Part shown: positions 1-11,830 of the stretch, piece by piece
How the letters are laid out: each line of letters begins with the position of its first letter
Numbering within the stretch: the stretch's first letter is position 1
Origin: the human T2T-CHM13v2.0 reference genome, Homo sapiens
DNA length: 64,000 nt
Assembly (NCBI RefSeq): GCF_009914755.1
Contig: NC_060935.1
Direction: 5' to 3' (one strand)
Position numbers and translations under genes: made by a program
The notes under the pieces: generated by a model
Told to the model about the DNA's origin: nothing
Seen by the model: the letters and a program-made list of their open reading frames with translations, nothing else
Databases searched by the model: none

Positions 1-1351
1 ATCCCGCTACCCTCACCCCTGGGGCCTCCAGACCGACACAGAGAGCTGCATGGAGTCTGGGCAGAGCTGCTGCCTAGGATCATGTGGAACCCCAAGGGTC
101 TTAGATCCTTAAGCACCCCAGCACCAGCTGCTATAGCTCTGCCAACAAGCAAGGCTAGGCTCTCTCACATACCCCCAGGATAGGAGCTGCATCCATGTTG
201 CCAAGGAGCAGACAGAAGAAAGGCCTTGCCTCTGCTGTACCTCACCAGGCAAGGCCCACTGTCCTTGGACCCCAGGGTGGCCACCCTACCCCTACCTGAG
301 CATTTGAGTTGGTTGGAGCTCTGCATTTCTCAAGGACAGAGCTCCCAGAGGTAACTGATAGGCCTGCAGTGTTTGCACTGCTGAGGCCCCTGCCCTTGCT
401 GCCCTCAGGCAGGGAAGGAAGCAAAGAGCCCAAGAACTTTCTTGGGCCTCCAGCGTGCTGCATACAGAAAAGTGGCCAGTCTCTTTTCTTTGTAGGTCCC
501 TGTGCCTGCTGTTCCTCACTGGGCAGGACCTCCCAACCTGGGCCCCTAGTGCAGCTGCTCTAGCCCCACCTGATCACTTCAGTCAGTGATGGCTCTGCAA
601 TACTCTGGGGTGAAATTCCCAGAGAACTCTGACAGGATCTCTGTCATTGTCACTGCAGCAATACCCACCCTTGCTGCCCTTGGACTGGGAAATAAAGAAA
701 GACCCTGATCACTTTGCTTATACCTCTAGCATGCTATAGCTACCATACAGAGGGGAGGCCAGACTCTTTAATTTGTGAGTCCCTGGACCCTGCTCTTCAC
801 CAGGCAAGTCCCCTGGTTTGGATCCCGCAGTGCAACTGCCCTACCTCTGGTTGAACATCCCCACTGGCAGTGGATTTGTGTCTCTCTAAGGTGGAGCCAG
901 AAGCAACTGACAGCCCCTCTGCCATTGCCACTGTCCAGGTTACTGACCCTGCTGCCCCCAAGATGGGGAGGGAACAAAAAGCCTGAGATCACCCAAGAGC
1001 TGCAGTGTGCAGCCTGAGTGCCAGGCTTGAATGGAAGAGGAGCCCACACTTTCAGAGCACTGAGAAGTAGCACAGTTGCAAATGCAAGAAAGTATTACAC
1101 ATAGGAACCACGAAGCTGAGTAAGAGCCTACCTACTGCCTATTACATTTAAGCACCATCTACTGAATTAAATCTCAAACTATAACACCAAAAATAATTTG
1201 CTAATATCCCTTCCTGTGAAAAACAACATCAAGATTTCAGCCACAATAAAGACCCTGCAAAAAACCTTTGCCCTCTGAAAACATCCAGAAATGAAGCCAA
1301 ATGACTGTACTCAATTTATAATTACAGTTAAAAGAACATCAGCTCACACAC

Positions 1352-2310
1352 ATGAAAAAGAACCAGCATAAGAACTGTGGCGACTCTAAAAGCCAGAGTG
1401 TCTTCTGACCTCCATACACCACACTGGTTTCCCCACAATGATTCTTAACATGAATGAAATGGCTGAAATGACGCCATAGAATTCAGAATCTGGATGGCAA
1501 TGAAGATCATTGACATTAAAGAAAGTGCTGAAATCCAACTCAAGAAATCTAAGGAATTTAATAACACAGTTCCAGACATGAAAGACAAAACAGCGTTTTT
1601 AGGAAAGAACAAAACTGATCTGATAGAGCTGAAAAACTCACAACAAAAATTGCATAATACAACTGGAATTATTAACACCAGCATGGACCAAGCTGAGGAA
1701 ACAATCTCAGATCTTGAAGACCCTTTGAATCAACTCAATCAGACAAAAATAAAGAGAAAAAAATTTGTAAATGAACAAAATGTCTTGGAAATATGGGGTT
1801 ATATAAAGAGACCAAACATACAACTCATTGGCATCCCTGAGAGAGAAGGAGAGAGACCAAATAACTTGTAAAATGTATCTGAAGATATGGTCCACAGAAA
1901 TTTCCCTAACCTCATGAGAGGTAGACTCTCACATTCCAGAAATTCAGAGAATCCCTGAGAAATATGATAAAAGATTGACAATCCCAAGACACATAGTCAT
2001 CAAATTCTCTAAAGTCAATGCTAAAGAAAAAATATTACAGACAGCTTGAGAGAATGGGTAGGTTACCTACATAGGGAACTCCACCACGCTAACAGTGAAC
2101 CTTTCATCAGAAACGCTACAAGCCAAAATAAAATGGGTGGTTGTATTCAGCATTTTTTTTAAAAGACATCCAATAAAGAATTTTATACATAGCCAAACTA
2201 AGCTTCACAAGCAAAAGAGAAATAAAATCCTTTTCAGATAAGCAAATGTTGAGGGAAATCATTACCACCAGACCTGCCCTATGAGTCATTGTTAAGAAAG
2301 TTCTAAACAT
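1352..2310 (+). pseudogene. Decayed L1 ORF1 (p40)
   Basis: ORF 1494-1871 has a coiled-coil-like segment and EIWGYIKRPNIQLIGIPEREGE, typical of ORF1p; stops and frameshifts present. Confidence 0.88.
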
Positions 2311-3797
2311 GGAAATGAAAGATCATTACCTTTCACCTCAAAAACATACTGAAGTACATAGACCATTGAGATTGTAAAGCAAACTACACAATCAAGCCTA
2401 CATAACAGTCAGCTTACAACATAATGACTGGATCAAATCTGCACATACCAGTATTAACCTCAAACATAAATAGGCTAAACACCCCCCTTAAAAGGCACAG
2501 AGTGGCTAGGTAGATCAAGAAGCAAGACTTAAATATGTGCTATCCTCAAGAGACTCAGCTCATATGCAAATGACACTCATAGGCTCAAAGTAAAAAAAAA
2601 AAAATGGATAAACAACTATCAAGGAAACAGAAAACAAAAAAGATTTGTTAGTCTCATTTCAGACAAAACAAACTTTAAACCAAAAATGATCAAAAAAGAC
2701 AAAGAAGGACAGAAGGATATAATATAATGATAAGTAGTTCAATTCTTCAAGAAGACTTAACTGTCATAAATATACATGCCCCTGGCACTGGAGCACCCAG
2801 ATTTGTAAAACAGGTTCTTAGAGACCTATAAGATACTTAGATACTTAGAGTGCAAAATTTTAACACCCCACTGATACCATTAGACAGATCAGTGAAGCAT
2901 AAAACTAGTAAAGATATTTGGCACCTAAACTCAACACTTGACTAAATAGATCTAACAGACATCTACAGAACCCTACACTCAACAACAACAGAATAAATAT
3001 TCTTCTTATCTGCAAATGGCACATACTCTAAAATCAACCACATGCTTGGCCATAATTCAATTATCAACAAATTTAAAAAAAACTAAAATCATACCAACCA
3101 CACTTTCAGACCACAGTGCAATAAAAACAGAAACCAATACCAAGAAGATCTCTCAAAACCCTACAATTACGTGTAAATTAAACAGTCTGATCCTGAATGA
3201 TTTTTGGGTAAAGAATGAAATTTAGGTAGAAATCAAGAAATTATTTGAAACAAATTAAAAAAAAGATGCAACATAGTAGAATCTCTGAGACACAGCTAAA
3301 GCAGTGTTAGGAGGAAAATTTATAGCACTAAATGCCCACATCAAAAAATTAGAAAGTTCTCAAGTGATCAACCTAATATCGCACCTAGAGGAACTAGAAA
3401 ACGAGAACAACTAATCCTAAAGCTAGCAGAAGAAAAGAAATAACCAAAATCAGAGCTGAATTGAATGAAGTGATGAGAAAAGTCATACAAATTTCAAAAA
3501 AACCCAAAATTTGTCATTTGAAAGAATAAAGATGATTGATGGATCATTAGCTAGACTAATAAATAAAAAATAAGAGGAAATTCTAATAAACACAACCAGA
3601 AATGACAATGGGGATCTTACTACCAATCCCACAAAAATCAACATAGAAAAAAGACTCAGAGACTATTATGAACAAACAACTCTAAGCACACAAATAAGAA
3701 AATCTAGAATAAATAGATTAATTCCTGGAAACATACAGCCTCTCAAGACTGAATCAGGAAGAAACTTTAACCCTGAACAGATCAATAATGAGTTTGA

Positions 3798-4135
<338 letters not shown>

Positions 4136-5070
4136 AATGAGTTTGAAATTGAACATAAAAAAACCAAACAAACAAAAAAACCTACCAAAAAGCCCTGGAC
4201 CAGAGTGATTCACAGCTGAATTCTATCAAACACATAAAGAAGAACGGGCACGAGTCCTACTGAAACTATCCTAAAAAATCAAGGAGGATGGAATCCTTTC
4301 TGATTCCATGAGGCTAGTATCATTTTGATACCTAACCTTGGCAAAGATGCCATAAAAAGAAAACTTCAAGCCAATATCCATGATGAAGGTAGATGGAAAA
4401 ATCCTCAATGAAACACTATCAAAGCAAATCCAGCAGCACATCAAAAAGCTAATGCACCATGATCAAGTAGACTTTCTTCCTGGGATGCAAGACTTGTTCA
4501 ACATAAACAGTTTAATAAATGTGATTCAGCATATAAAAAGAATGAAAAACAAAAATCACATAATCATCCCAATAGATATAGAAAGGTCTTTCAATAAAAT
4601 TCAACATCCTTTCATTTATAAACTCTCAACAAGCTCTGTCATGAAAGAAGATATCTTAATATAATTACAGCCATATACAACAAACCCACAGCCAACATCA
4701 TACTAAATAGGCAAAAGCTGGAAGCATTCCCCTTGAGAACAGGAAGAAGATATAGATGCTCAGTGTAATCACAACTCTTTCACTACTTCTAGTCCTAGCC
4801 AGAGCAATCAGGCCAAAGAAGGAAATAAAAGGCCTTCAAATAGGAAGAGAGAATGTCAAGCTATCTCTCTTTATAGATGATATAATTCTATAACTAGGAA
4901 ACTTTATAGTCTCTGCCCAAAGGCTCCTAGAATCAATAAACAACTCCAGCAATGTTTCAGAAAACAAAATCAGTAACATTTCTATAGAATAATAATGATC
5001 AAGATGAGAGCAAAATCAAGAATGCAATCCCATTCACAATAGCCACAAAAGAAAAAAATAGGAATATAGC

Positions 5071-7371
5071 TATATTAGTCCATTTTCATACACTATAAAG
5101 AAATACATGGGACTAGGTAATTTATAAAGTAAAAGAGATTTAATGGACTCACAGTTCCACATGGCTAAGGAGGCCTCACATTCATATTGGAAGGCAAAGG
5201 AAGAACAAAGACACATCTTACATGGTGGCAGGCAAGAAAGCATGTGCAGGGGAACTGCCCTTTACAAAACCATCAGAACTGATGAGACTTACTCACTATC
5301 ATGGGAACAGCATGGGAAAACCCCACCCACATGATTCAATTACATACCACCAGGTCACTTCCATAACACGTGGGGATTATGAGAGCTACATTTCAGGATG
5401 AGGTTTGGGTGGAGACACAGCCATACCATATAATTCCACCTCAGTCCCTCCCAAATCTCATGTTCTCACATTTCAAAACCAATCATGCCTTCCCAACAGT
5501 CCCACAAAATCTTAACTCATTTCCGCATTAACCCAAAAGTCCAAGTTCAATGTCTCATGTGAGACAAGGCAAGTCTCTTCCACCTATGAGACTGCAAAAT
5601 CAAAAGCAAGTTAGATTCTTCCTAGATACTATGGGGGTGCAGGCATTGGGTAAATAGATCTATTTGAAATGGGAGAAATTGGCCAAAACCAAGGGGATAC
5701 AGGGCCCTTGCAAGTCAACAGGACAGTCAAATCTTAAAGTTTCAAAATGATCTCCTTTGACTCCATGCCTCACGTTCAGGTCATGCTGATGCAAGAGGTA
5801 GGTTCCCATGGTCTTGGGTAGCTCCACCCCTGTGGCTTTGTAGAGTATAGCCCTCCTCCTCACTGCTTTCACAGGCTGGCTTTGAGTATCTGCGGCTTTT
5901 TCAGATGCATTGTGTTGTCAGTGGATCTAAAATTCTGGGGTCTGGAGGATGGTGGCCCTCTTCTCACAGCTCCACTGGGCAGTGCCCCAGTGGGACTCTG
6001 TGTGGGGGCTCCCACCTCACATTTCCCTTCTGAACTTCCCTAGCAGAGGTTCTCCATGAGGGCCCTGCCCCTGCAGCCAACTTCTGCCTGGTCATCCAGG
6101 CATTTTCATACATCCTCTGAAATCTAGGCAGAGGTTCCCAAACCTCAATTTTTGACTTCTGTGTACCCACAGGCCCAACACTATTGGTAAGCTGCCAAGG
6201 CTTGGGGCTTGTATCTTCTGAAATAATGGCCTGAGCTGTACCTTGACTCGTTTTAGCCATGGCTGGGACACAGGGCACCAAGTCCTGAGACTGCACAAAT
6301 AAGCAAGGCCCTGGGTCCACCCATGAAACCATTTTTTCTACTGAGGTTTTTGGGACTGTAATGAGAGGGGCTGCTGTGAATATTTCTGACATGCCCTGGA
6401 TATATTTTCCCATTGTCTTGGTGATTAACATTTTGCTGCTTGTTACTTATGCAAATTTCTGCAGCTGGCTTTAACTTCTCCTCAGAAAATGGGTTTTTCT
6501 TTTCTATCACATTGTCAGGCTGCACATTTTTTGAACTTTTATGCTCTGCTTCCCTTTTAAACATAAGTTTCAATTCCAAACCATATCTTTGTGAATACAT
6601 AAAACTGAATGCTTTTAAGAGCACTCAAGTTATATCTTGAATTTTTTGCTGCTGACACATTTTTTTTTTTCCACTAGATACCCTAAATCATCTCTCTCAA
6701 GTTCAAAGTTCCACAGATCTCTAAGACAGGGGCAAAATGCCACCAGTCTCTTTGCTAAAGCATATCAAGAATCACCTTTGCTCCAGTTCCCAGTAAATTC
6801 CTCATCTCCTTCTGAGACCACCTCAGCCTGGACTTTTTGGTCAAATTATTTGACAAGTCTCTTGGAAGCGCCAAACTTTATGACATCTTATTGTCTTCTT
6901 CTGAACCCTCCAAACCATTCCAACCTCTGACTCTTATCAAGTTCCAAAGTCGCTTCCACATTTTCAGGTTTCTTAATAGCAGTATCCCAATCTACTGGTA
7001 CCAATTTACTGTATTAGTCCATTTTCATACTGCTATAAAAAAGTGCCTGAGACTGAGTAATTCATAAGGAAAAGAGGTTTAATGGACTCACAGTTCCACA
7101 TGGCTAAGGAAGCCTCAAAATCTTGTTGGAAGGGGAAGGAGGAGCAAAGGCACGTCTTACATGGTGGCAGCCAAGAGAGCATGTGCAGAGAAACTGCCCT
7201 TTATGAAACCATGAGATCCCATGAGACTTATTAACTATCATGAGAACAGCATGGGAAAAATCCACCCCCACGATTAAATTACCTCCCACCCCATCACTCC
7301 CATGACACATGCAAATTATGGGAGCTATAATTCAAGATGAGATTAGGGTGGGACACAGCCAAACCATATCA
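5071..7371 (-). mobile_element. Full-length THE1 (C/D-like) MaLR: LTR 5071-5433, internal 5434-7009, LTR 7010-7371
   Basis: Two similar LTRs (t[a/g]tattagtcc...ccatat[a/c]a); THE1-int peptide remnants (EVWEPLPRFQRMY); 5-bp TSD atagc/acagc within L1 ORF2. Confidence 0.95.
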
Positions 7372-8745
7372 ACAGCTAACCAGGGGGATGAAAGAGCTCT
7401 ATGAGAAGAATTACAAAACACTGCTGAAAGAAATCAGACACAAACAAATCGAAAAAACATTCCATGGTCATGGATAGAAAGAAACAGTATTTTAAAAATG
7501 GCCATACTACCCAAAGCAATTTACAAGTTCAATACTATTTCTATCAAAATACTGTCATTTTTCACATATGTAGAAAAACTGTTCTAAAATTTATGTTGAA
7601 TCAAATAAGAGCCCCAATAGCTAAAGGAATCCTAATCAAAAAGAGGAAACCCAGATGCATCCCATTATCTGACTTTGAACTACACTATAAGTCCACAGTA
7701 CCAAAACATGACGCTGGTCCAAAAACAGATACATAGACAAATGGAACAAAATAGTACACTCAGAAATAAAGCTGCACACCTACAAAAATCTTACCTGCAA
7801 CAAAGCTGACAATAAAGAAAAATGTGGAAAGGACTCTCTATTCAATAAATGGTGCTGGAATAACTGACTAGCCATATGCAGAAAATTGAAACTGAACCCC
7901 TTTATTTTACCATATACAAAAATCAACTCAAGATGGATTAAAAACGTAAATGAAAATCTGAAACTTAAAAAATTCTAGAAGAAAACCTAGCAAATACCAT
8001 TCTGGACTCGGCTATGGCAAATATTTCATGATCAAGACTCCGAAAACAATTGCAACAAAATCAAAAATTGACAAGTGGGACCTAATGAAACTGAAAAGCT
8101 TCTGCAAAGCAAATGAAGGTGTCAACAAAGTAAATAGATGACCAGCAGAATGGGAGAAAAAAACTTACAAACGATGCAACTGAGAAAGGTCTAATATCCA
8201 GAATCTAAAAGAAACTTCAGCAAATTAACAGGTAAACAAAGAACCCTGTTAAAAAACAGGCAAAGAATATGAAAAGACACTAAAACTAAAATAAAGTTAG
8301 AAAAAAAAAGAAAACCAAAAAAAGAAAATATCAGTGTTAAGACATTGATTTTCCTCAAACTGACCTATAAAGTCACTCTAATCTCAATTAAAATTTCATC
8401 AATATGTTTGGTAAATATCAACAACCTTATTTTAGAATCTACATGGAAAGGGAAAGAAATTAGAATAGTTTAAATGGCTTTTAAAGGAAGAGATTTGAAG
8501 GATTTGTACTGATTGCTTGCAATGCTATTCTAAAGCTACAGAAATCAAGACTATGGGTAATTGGTGAAATGATAGACATATTAATCAAAGAAAAATAAAA
8601 AAAGTACAGAAACAGATTCACAAAAAAAAGAACGTAATTTTGACAAGCATGAAGAGGCAATTCAATAGAGAAAAGATTGAAAAAACACACATGGCATTTG
8701 GACTAATGGATATATACATGCAAAATTAAAAACTTTGTCCCATAT

Positions 8746-9096
8746 TGACATGGTTTGGCTATGTCCCCACCCAAATCTCATCTTGATATGTAGCTCCCAT
8801 AACTCTCACATGTTGTGGGAGGGACCCAGTGGGAGATAATTGAATCATGGGGGCAGTTTCCCTCATACTGTTCTCGTGGTAGTGAATAAGTCTCAGGATA
8901 TCTGATGGTTTTATAAGGAGAAACCCTTTTCACTTCTCATTTTCTCTCTTGCCTGCTGCCATGTAAGACATGCCTTCTACCATGATTGTGAAGCCTCCCC
9001 AGCCACATGGAACTGAGTCCATTAAATCTCTTATTCTTTATAAATTACCCAGCCTCAAGTATGTTTTTATCAGCAGTGTGAAAACAGACTAATACA
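8746..9096 (+). mobile_element. THE1 solo LTR
   Basis: tgacatggtttggctatgtccccaccc...cagactaataca; perfect TSD catat at 8741-8745 and 9097-9101. Confidence 0.95.
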
Positions 9097-9149
9097 CATA
9101 TAAAATTTAACTCAAAATCAATCATAAGCCTAAATGTAAAAATAAAAGT

Positions 9150-9972
9150 GTATACCATCTCACATCCATTATGATTGCTACTTTAAAAAAACAAGCAAAA
9201 AAATTACACAAGAAACGCAAACAAGAAACTAAGCAATAATGAAAACAACCAGAAGATAGCAAGTATTGAAGATGATGTGGAAAATTTGGAACCCTTGTGT
9301 ACTGTTGCTGGGAATGTAAAATTGTATAGCCACTGTGGAAAACAGTATGGTGGTTCCTCGAGAAATTAAAAATACTATTACCATATGACCCAACAATTCC
9401 ACTTCTAATTATATACCCCAAATAATTAAAATCAGGGTCTCAAATAGATGTTTCTACACCCATGTTCATAGAAGCATTATTCACAATAGACAAAAGGAAG
9501 AGGCAATCAGGTGTATACGGACAGGTGAATGGAGTAACAAAGTGTGGTATACACATACATACAGGCAATGTAAATCTGCCTTAACAAGGAAAGAAATTCT
9601 GACACATGCTACAATATGGAGGAATCTTGAGGACATTTTTCTGAGTGGAATTTCAGACACAAATTATACTGTAGGATTCTACTTGTATGAGGTACTTGGA
9701 TTAATCAAATGTATAGAGACAAAAAGTAAAACGGTGACTTTCAGGAATTTTTGGAATGGAAAAATGGGGAGTCACCATTTAATGAATACAGAGTTTCAAT
9801 ATGAGAAAAGATGAGAAAAGATTTCTGGAGATGGATGGATGCTACTGTGGATGGTTGCACAACATTGTGAATGTACTTTTTTGCACTTAATTGTACACTT
9901 ACAAATAATTAAAATTGTGATATTTATGTTATGTATATTTTATTACAACTAAAAAATTATAAAAGTTAAGAA
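9150..9972 (+). mobile_element. L1MA/MB-type 3' end
   Basis: ccatatgacccaacaattccactt, gacacatgctacaatatgg, terminal tgtatattttattacaact. Confidence 0.82.
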
Positions 9973-10269
9973 ACAAAAATTGTGAAATTTCCTGAAGAAG
10001 ATATAGGAGAACACTTTTGTGACCTTGAGCTAAGCAAAATGTTCTTAGAAATGATATGGAAAGCACAATTTATACATTAAAAATGATAATTTATATGTAT
10101 TTAAAATTAAAACTTCAGTCATGTATAAGATATATTAAGATAATATTTTCCCAGAACTTAGGAGAATAGTTTTTTTTTACTGCTGACAAAGAAAATGTAT
10201 GCAGAATATAAAAAGAACTCTCAAAAACTTAATAACAAAAAAATAAAAACAATATAACATTAGGATTCA

Positions 10270-10705
10270 TGGGAGACTTGGAGGGTAGAAAAGAAACAGT
10301 AGGCATTTTTGTAACTCACACTTTTTCGCCAATTGTCTGACTTACCTGCATTAGCATAAAGCATCAACTGAGTTTGCAAGGGCCCCTGCCTGTCCCCTGA
10401 TGCTCATTGACTTCCATGAATCTTCAGCCAGATATATATATTTGGCTTTAACAAATGGTGCCAACTTCTGCAAGATAGCCTTGCCACCAAGAACACAGAC
10501 AATAAGTAACATGAGTTTTGGTTTGTTGTTGTGGGATTTCAGGTCATGCTTATGGTTTCCAACATGGCCTTGATCTCCTCAACTTTGCATCTATAGTTGA
10601 TTCCTGATTGGCTGCTCTGTGAACTTCAAGCTCCAGCATCAGATAAAAGCCCTACAGTGACTTCTTAGCTCCCACAATTGCAGAGAGCCAATTTCTGTAA
10701 CTGAA
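10270..10705 (+). mobile_element. Possible ancient ERVL-class LTR remnant
   Basis: gaacttcaagctccagcatcaga...ctcccacaattgc resembles old LTR 3' ends; family not identified. Confidence 0.35.
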
Positions 10706-11619
10706 TTGGGTTTCCAATTTGCTTTCACATATTCAACTCTGCCCTATTTACACAGCAGATGCTTTGCACAACTGTCTTGACAATGATACATTTCTAAACA
10801 CTAAACCATGAAAAATAAAAGTTCTCAAAGAAAGTGAAAAAATAACTTCACTTTGGCCAATTAATTTATCATAGCGAACCCTCATCTCTGTGTGCAGTTC
10901 TGGTCATCTTCAGTCCGCTAATTATCATATATCCTTTTTTGGAATAAATTGATACCAGTTGCCTTTAATAATGAGAAAAGCATACCTGGGTCTTTTTATA
11001 TCAGTGACCCATGACAAAATCCATTTCCACCATTATGTTGGCTTTGTTCCAACACCTGGCCTTGAATAAAATGCTATCATGACTTTTCTTATTATTGAGC
11101 TGGATGGAGTAACATGAAAGCAAAATTACACAGCCAGAAGTTGAATCATGAAAGTACTTCTACCATAATGGATAGGTGTTTCATCAGCAATTTCCGAGCC
11201 TCTCTAATATGAGCAAAAAAAGGCCTGCTAATAGAACAAGCAAGACAAATAACAAAGAAGGAATGATCAAACCTCATTAACACTGTGAAAGACTCTTAGC
11301 TGCTCAGGCACCAAAAGTGGTAATTAGTTCACACTTTGCTGCTTAAACTTCTTCACATTTTCTGTAAACATGATGGTCAAAAGTTTCCTTAAGTGGGTCA
11401 TTTGCATGAGTGTCCTTGTTCTAAAGAGACACAGAGCTCTGGGATCCCTGGAGGTAAGAGAACTTAATAATGGCTAAAGTGTCAAACATCTTGACAGTTA
11501 CCACTGCAGAATCAACTGTGAATGTTCAGATTCCCAAACCTAATACACCACCCTCTTCAGCTCAATTACCTAAATGCATTTTAGGGGTTTGTAATTTTCC
11601 TGGAGTGTAATTTTATATT

Positions 11620-11830
11620 GGCAGACCTTGGTACTTGCCTCAGCTCTGCAATTTATCACCTATGCAAACTTTGGTATGTTATTTCACCTCAAGTTTCAGT
11701 TCCCTTCACTTTAAAGCAGTTTTAACTACTTGATTACCTACTGAACTGATTATAAAATTTCATAAAGATAACAGACTTTTAAAGTAATATGTAGACATTC
11801 AATGATAAGCAAATATGAAGGATTGTATTA
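11620..11830 (+). mobile_element. MIR remnant
   Basis: Core-like ctttggtatgttatttcacctcaagtttcagttccc. Confidence 0.6.

Larger units (their letters stand above)
8330..10260 (+). mobile_element. Ancient L1M ORF2 fragments (8330-8740, 9102-9150, 9975-10260) hosting younger insertions
   Basis: Degenerate but colinear L1 ORF2 3' region (ctacatggaaag, gaagatataggagaac, cagaatatataaagaactc-like). Confidence 0.7.

Noticed and set aside
242-1073. GC-rich ORFs and promoter-like composition
   Set aside because: They lie in the L1 5'UTR; CpG-depleted, with no recognisable protein
5660-7067. Overlapping 68-155 aa ORFs
   Set aside because: THE1 internal remnants with frameshifts; similar peptides recur at 18504-19897 and 41812-43149
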